A DNA stretch of 61,497 bases, filler included. It is 3 parts of 3 records of this genome, joined end to end, with 100 filler letters (N's around TTAATTAATTAA, not from the genome) between each part and the next. Parts side by side here need not be neighbours in the genome. Positions count along the whole stretch, not along the records: positions 54,309 to 61,497 come from SRR22947725_404; 2 more parts are not named here. The stretch is one strand, 5' to 3'. The notes below the pieces were generated by a model. The model was not told the DNA's origin, searched no databases, and worked only from the letters and a program-made list of their open reading frames with translations. Of this stretch, positions 60,681 through 61,497 are shown one piece after another (positions within the stretch are counted from its first letter, which is position 1; each line of letters begins with the position of its first letter). The translations under genes and the position numbers were made by a program.

Positions 60681-61207
60681 TATAACTCAATTGTTTCTGA
60701 TATTATGTTATGGTTGGTATAAATACATATATCTGCGGCAATATTTAAAGACTCAATAGCTATATCTTTAGCGTTCATCTCAGTATTTTTTAAAAGAGCT
60801 TTTGCAGCACTGTTTGCAAATGGACCACCCGATCCAATAGCCAAAATACCATCATCAGACTCAATTACATCTCCAGTACCAGACAACAATAAACTAACAT
60901 CTTTATTTGCTACAATCATCATTGCTTCCAACCTTCTAAGATACCTGTCGGTTCTCCAATCTTTTGCAAGCTCTACGCACGCTCTCATTAATTGATTCTT
61001 ATATTGATCAAGTTTGGACTCTAGTCTTTCAAACAAAGCAAATGCATCAGCTGTAGATCCAGCAAAACCTGAAATAACAGAGTCATCCTGACCCAACCTT
61101 CTTATTTTTTTAACATTCGGCTTCATAACAGTGTTTCCAAAGCTGGCTTGACCATCACCTGCAATAACCACTAAATTATCTTTTCGAATTCCTACAATAG
61201 TTGTCAT
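60680..61207 (-). CDS. hslV: ATP-dependent protease peptidase subunit
   Basis: N-terminal [16 protein letters not shown] and GSGG motifs. Confidence 0.98.
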   Translation of the reverse strand: MTTIVGIRKDNLVVIAGDGQASFGNTVMKPNVKKIRRLGQDDSVISGFAGSTADAFALFERLESKLDQYKNQLMRACVELAKDWRTDRYLRRLEAMMIVANKDVSLLLSGTGDVIESDDGILAIGSGGPFANSAAKALLKNTEMNAKDIAIESLNIAADICIYTNHNIISETIEL

Positions 61208-61309
61208 TTTAACATTTTTTATTTTACTAATTTAAAAATGGCTACTTAATTCTTTTAATCAAGTGATTTGGCTAGAATATTTTATATATCACTGATATTA
61301 GGCGTTTTT

Positions 61310-61497
61310 ATGAGAACTGCAAAAGTAAACAGAAAAACTAAAGAAACAGATATTTTTTGTGAAATCAATTTAGATGGAACAGGTCAAAATGAAATTTCTA
61401 CAGGTATAGGGTTTTTTGATCATATGATGGAAATTTTTTCACATCATAGTCTTGTTGATTTAAAACTTAAAGCAGAAGGAGACATTCATGTAGATTT
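61310..61497 (+). CDS. hisB: Imidazoleglycerol-phosphate dehydratase, N-terminal part
   Basis: [15 protein letters not shown]...LDGTG...TGIGFFDHM...GDIHVD (translated by hand). Confidence 0.93.
   Translation, partial: MRTAKVNRKTKETDIFCEINLDGTGQNEISTGIGFFDHMMEIFSHHSLVDLKLKAEGDIHVD

Noticed and set aside
59416-60759. 105-aa, 71-aa and 228-aa ORFs overlapping hslU
   Set aside because: Shadow frames of a highly conserved gene

Overview
This window is not one locus. It is three unrelated, very AT-rich contigs joined by artificial 100-nt spacers (N44-TTAATTAATTAA-N44 at 29857-29956 and 54209-54308). Contig A (1-29856) looks like a streamlined marine alphaproteobacterium (SAR11/HIMB59-like, by inference). 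It begins with the 5' half of tRNA-Leu(CAA) and a 4.1-kb surface-glycosylation cassette bounded by a degenerate copy of that tRNA 5' end. It continues with CIA30, a 23-aa small membrane ORF, galE-galT-sufE-glcB-aldehyde dehydrogenase, and an ~18.6-kb non-phosphorylative sugar/amino-sugar-acid catabolic island: three mandelate-racemase-subgroup enolases, a DgaE-like PLP ammonia-lyase with RidA, two lactonase-type enzymes, two mutarotases, an SDR, a Gfo/Idh/MocA dehydrogenase, IclR, a PotABCD-like ABC system and a sugar ABC system. Contig B (29957-54208) looks like Flavobacteriia (TAnnTTTG promoter boxes). It carries AKR, MATE, cupin, katG, a domain-inverted photolyase, GH16 plus an MFS sugar porter, an ArsR-TauE-PDO/rhodanese-YeeE/YeeE sulfur operon, HMA/MerC metal genes, hydrolases, a gene broken by a nonsense codon, and a fasciclin cassette between 28-bp direct repeats. 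Contig C (54309-61497) is Pelagibacter-like core sequence (dnaQ tail, Tim44, Smr, hslUV, hisB). In it a T4-type lysozyme occupies the slot where mltA normally sits, and a tandem double-PAP2 phosphatase lies next to an ArnT-like transferase. The best candidates for undescribed biology are the amino-sugar/sugar-acid catabolic island, the solitary T4-like lysozyme in the Tim44-Smr operon, and the LpxE/LpxF-like fusion. All functional and taxonomic calls come from motif recognition only; no searches were run.
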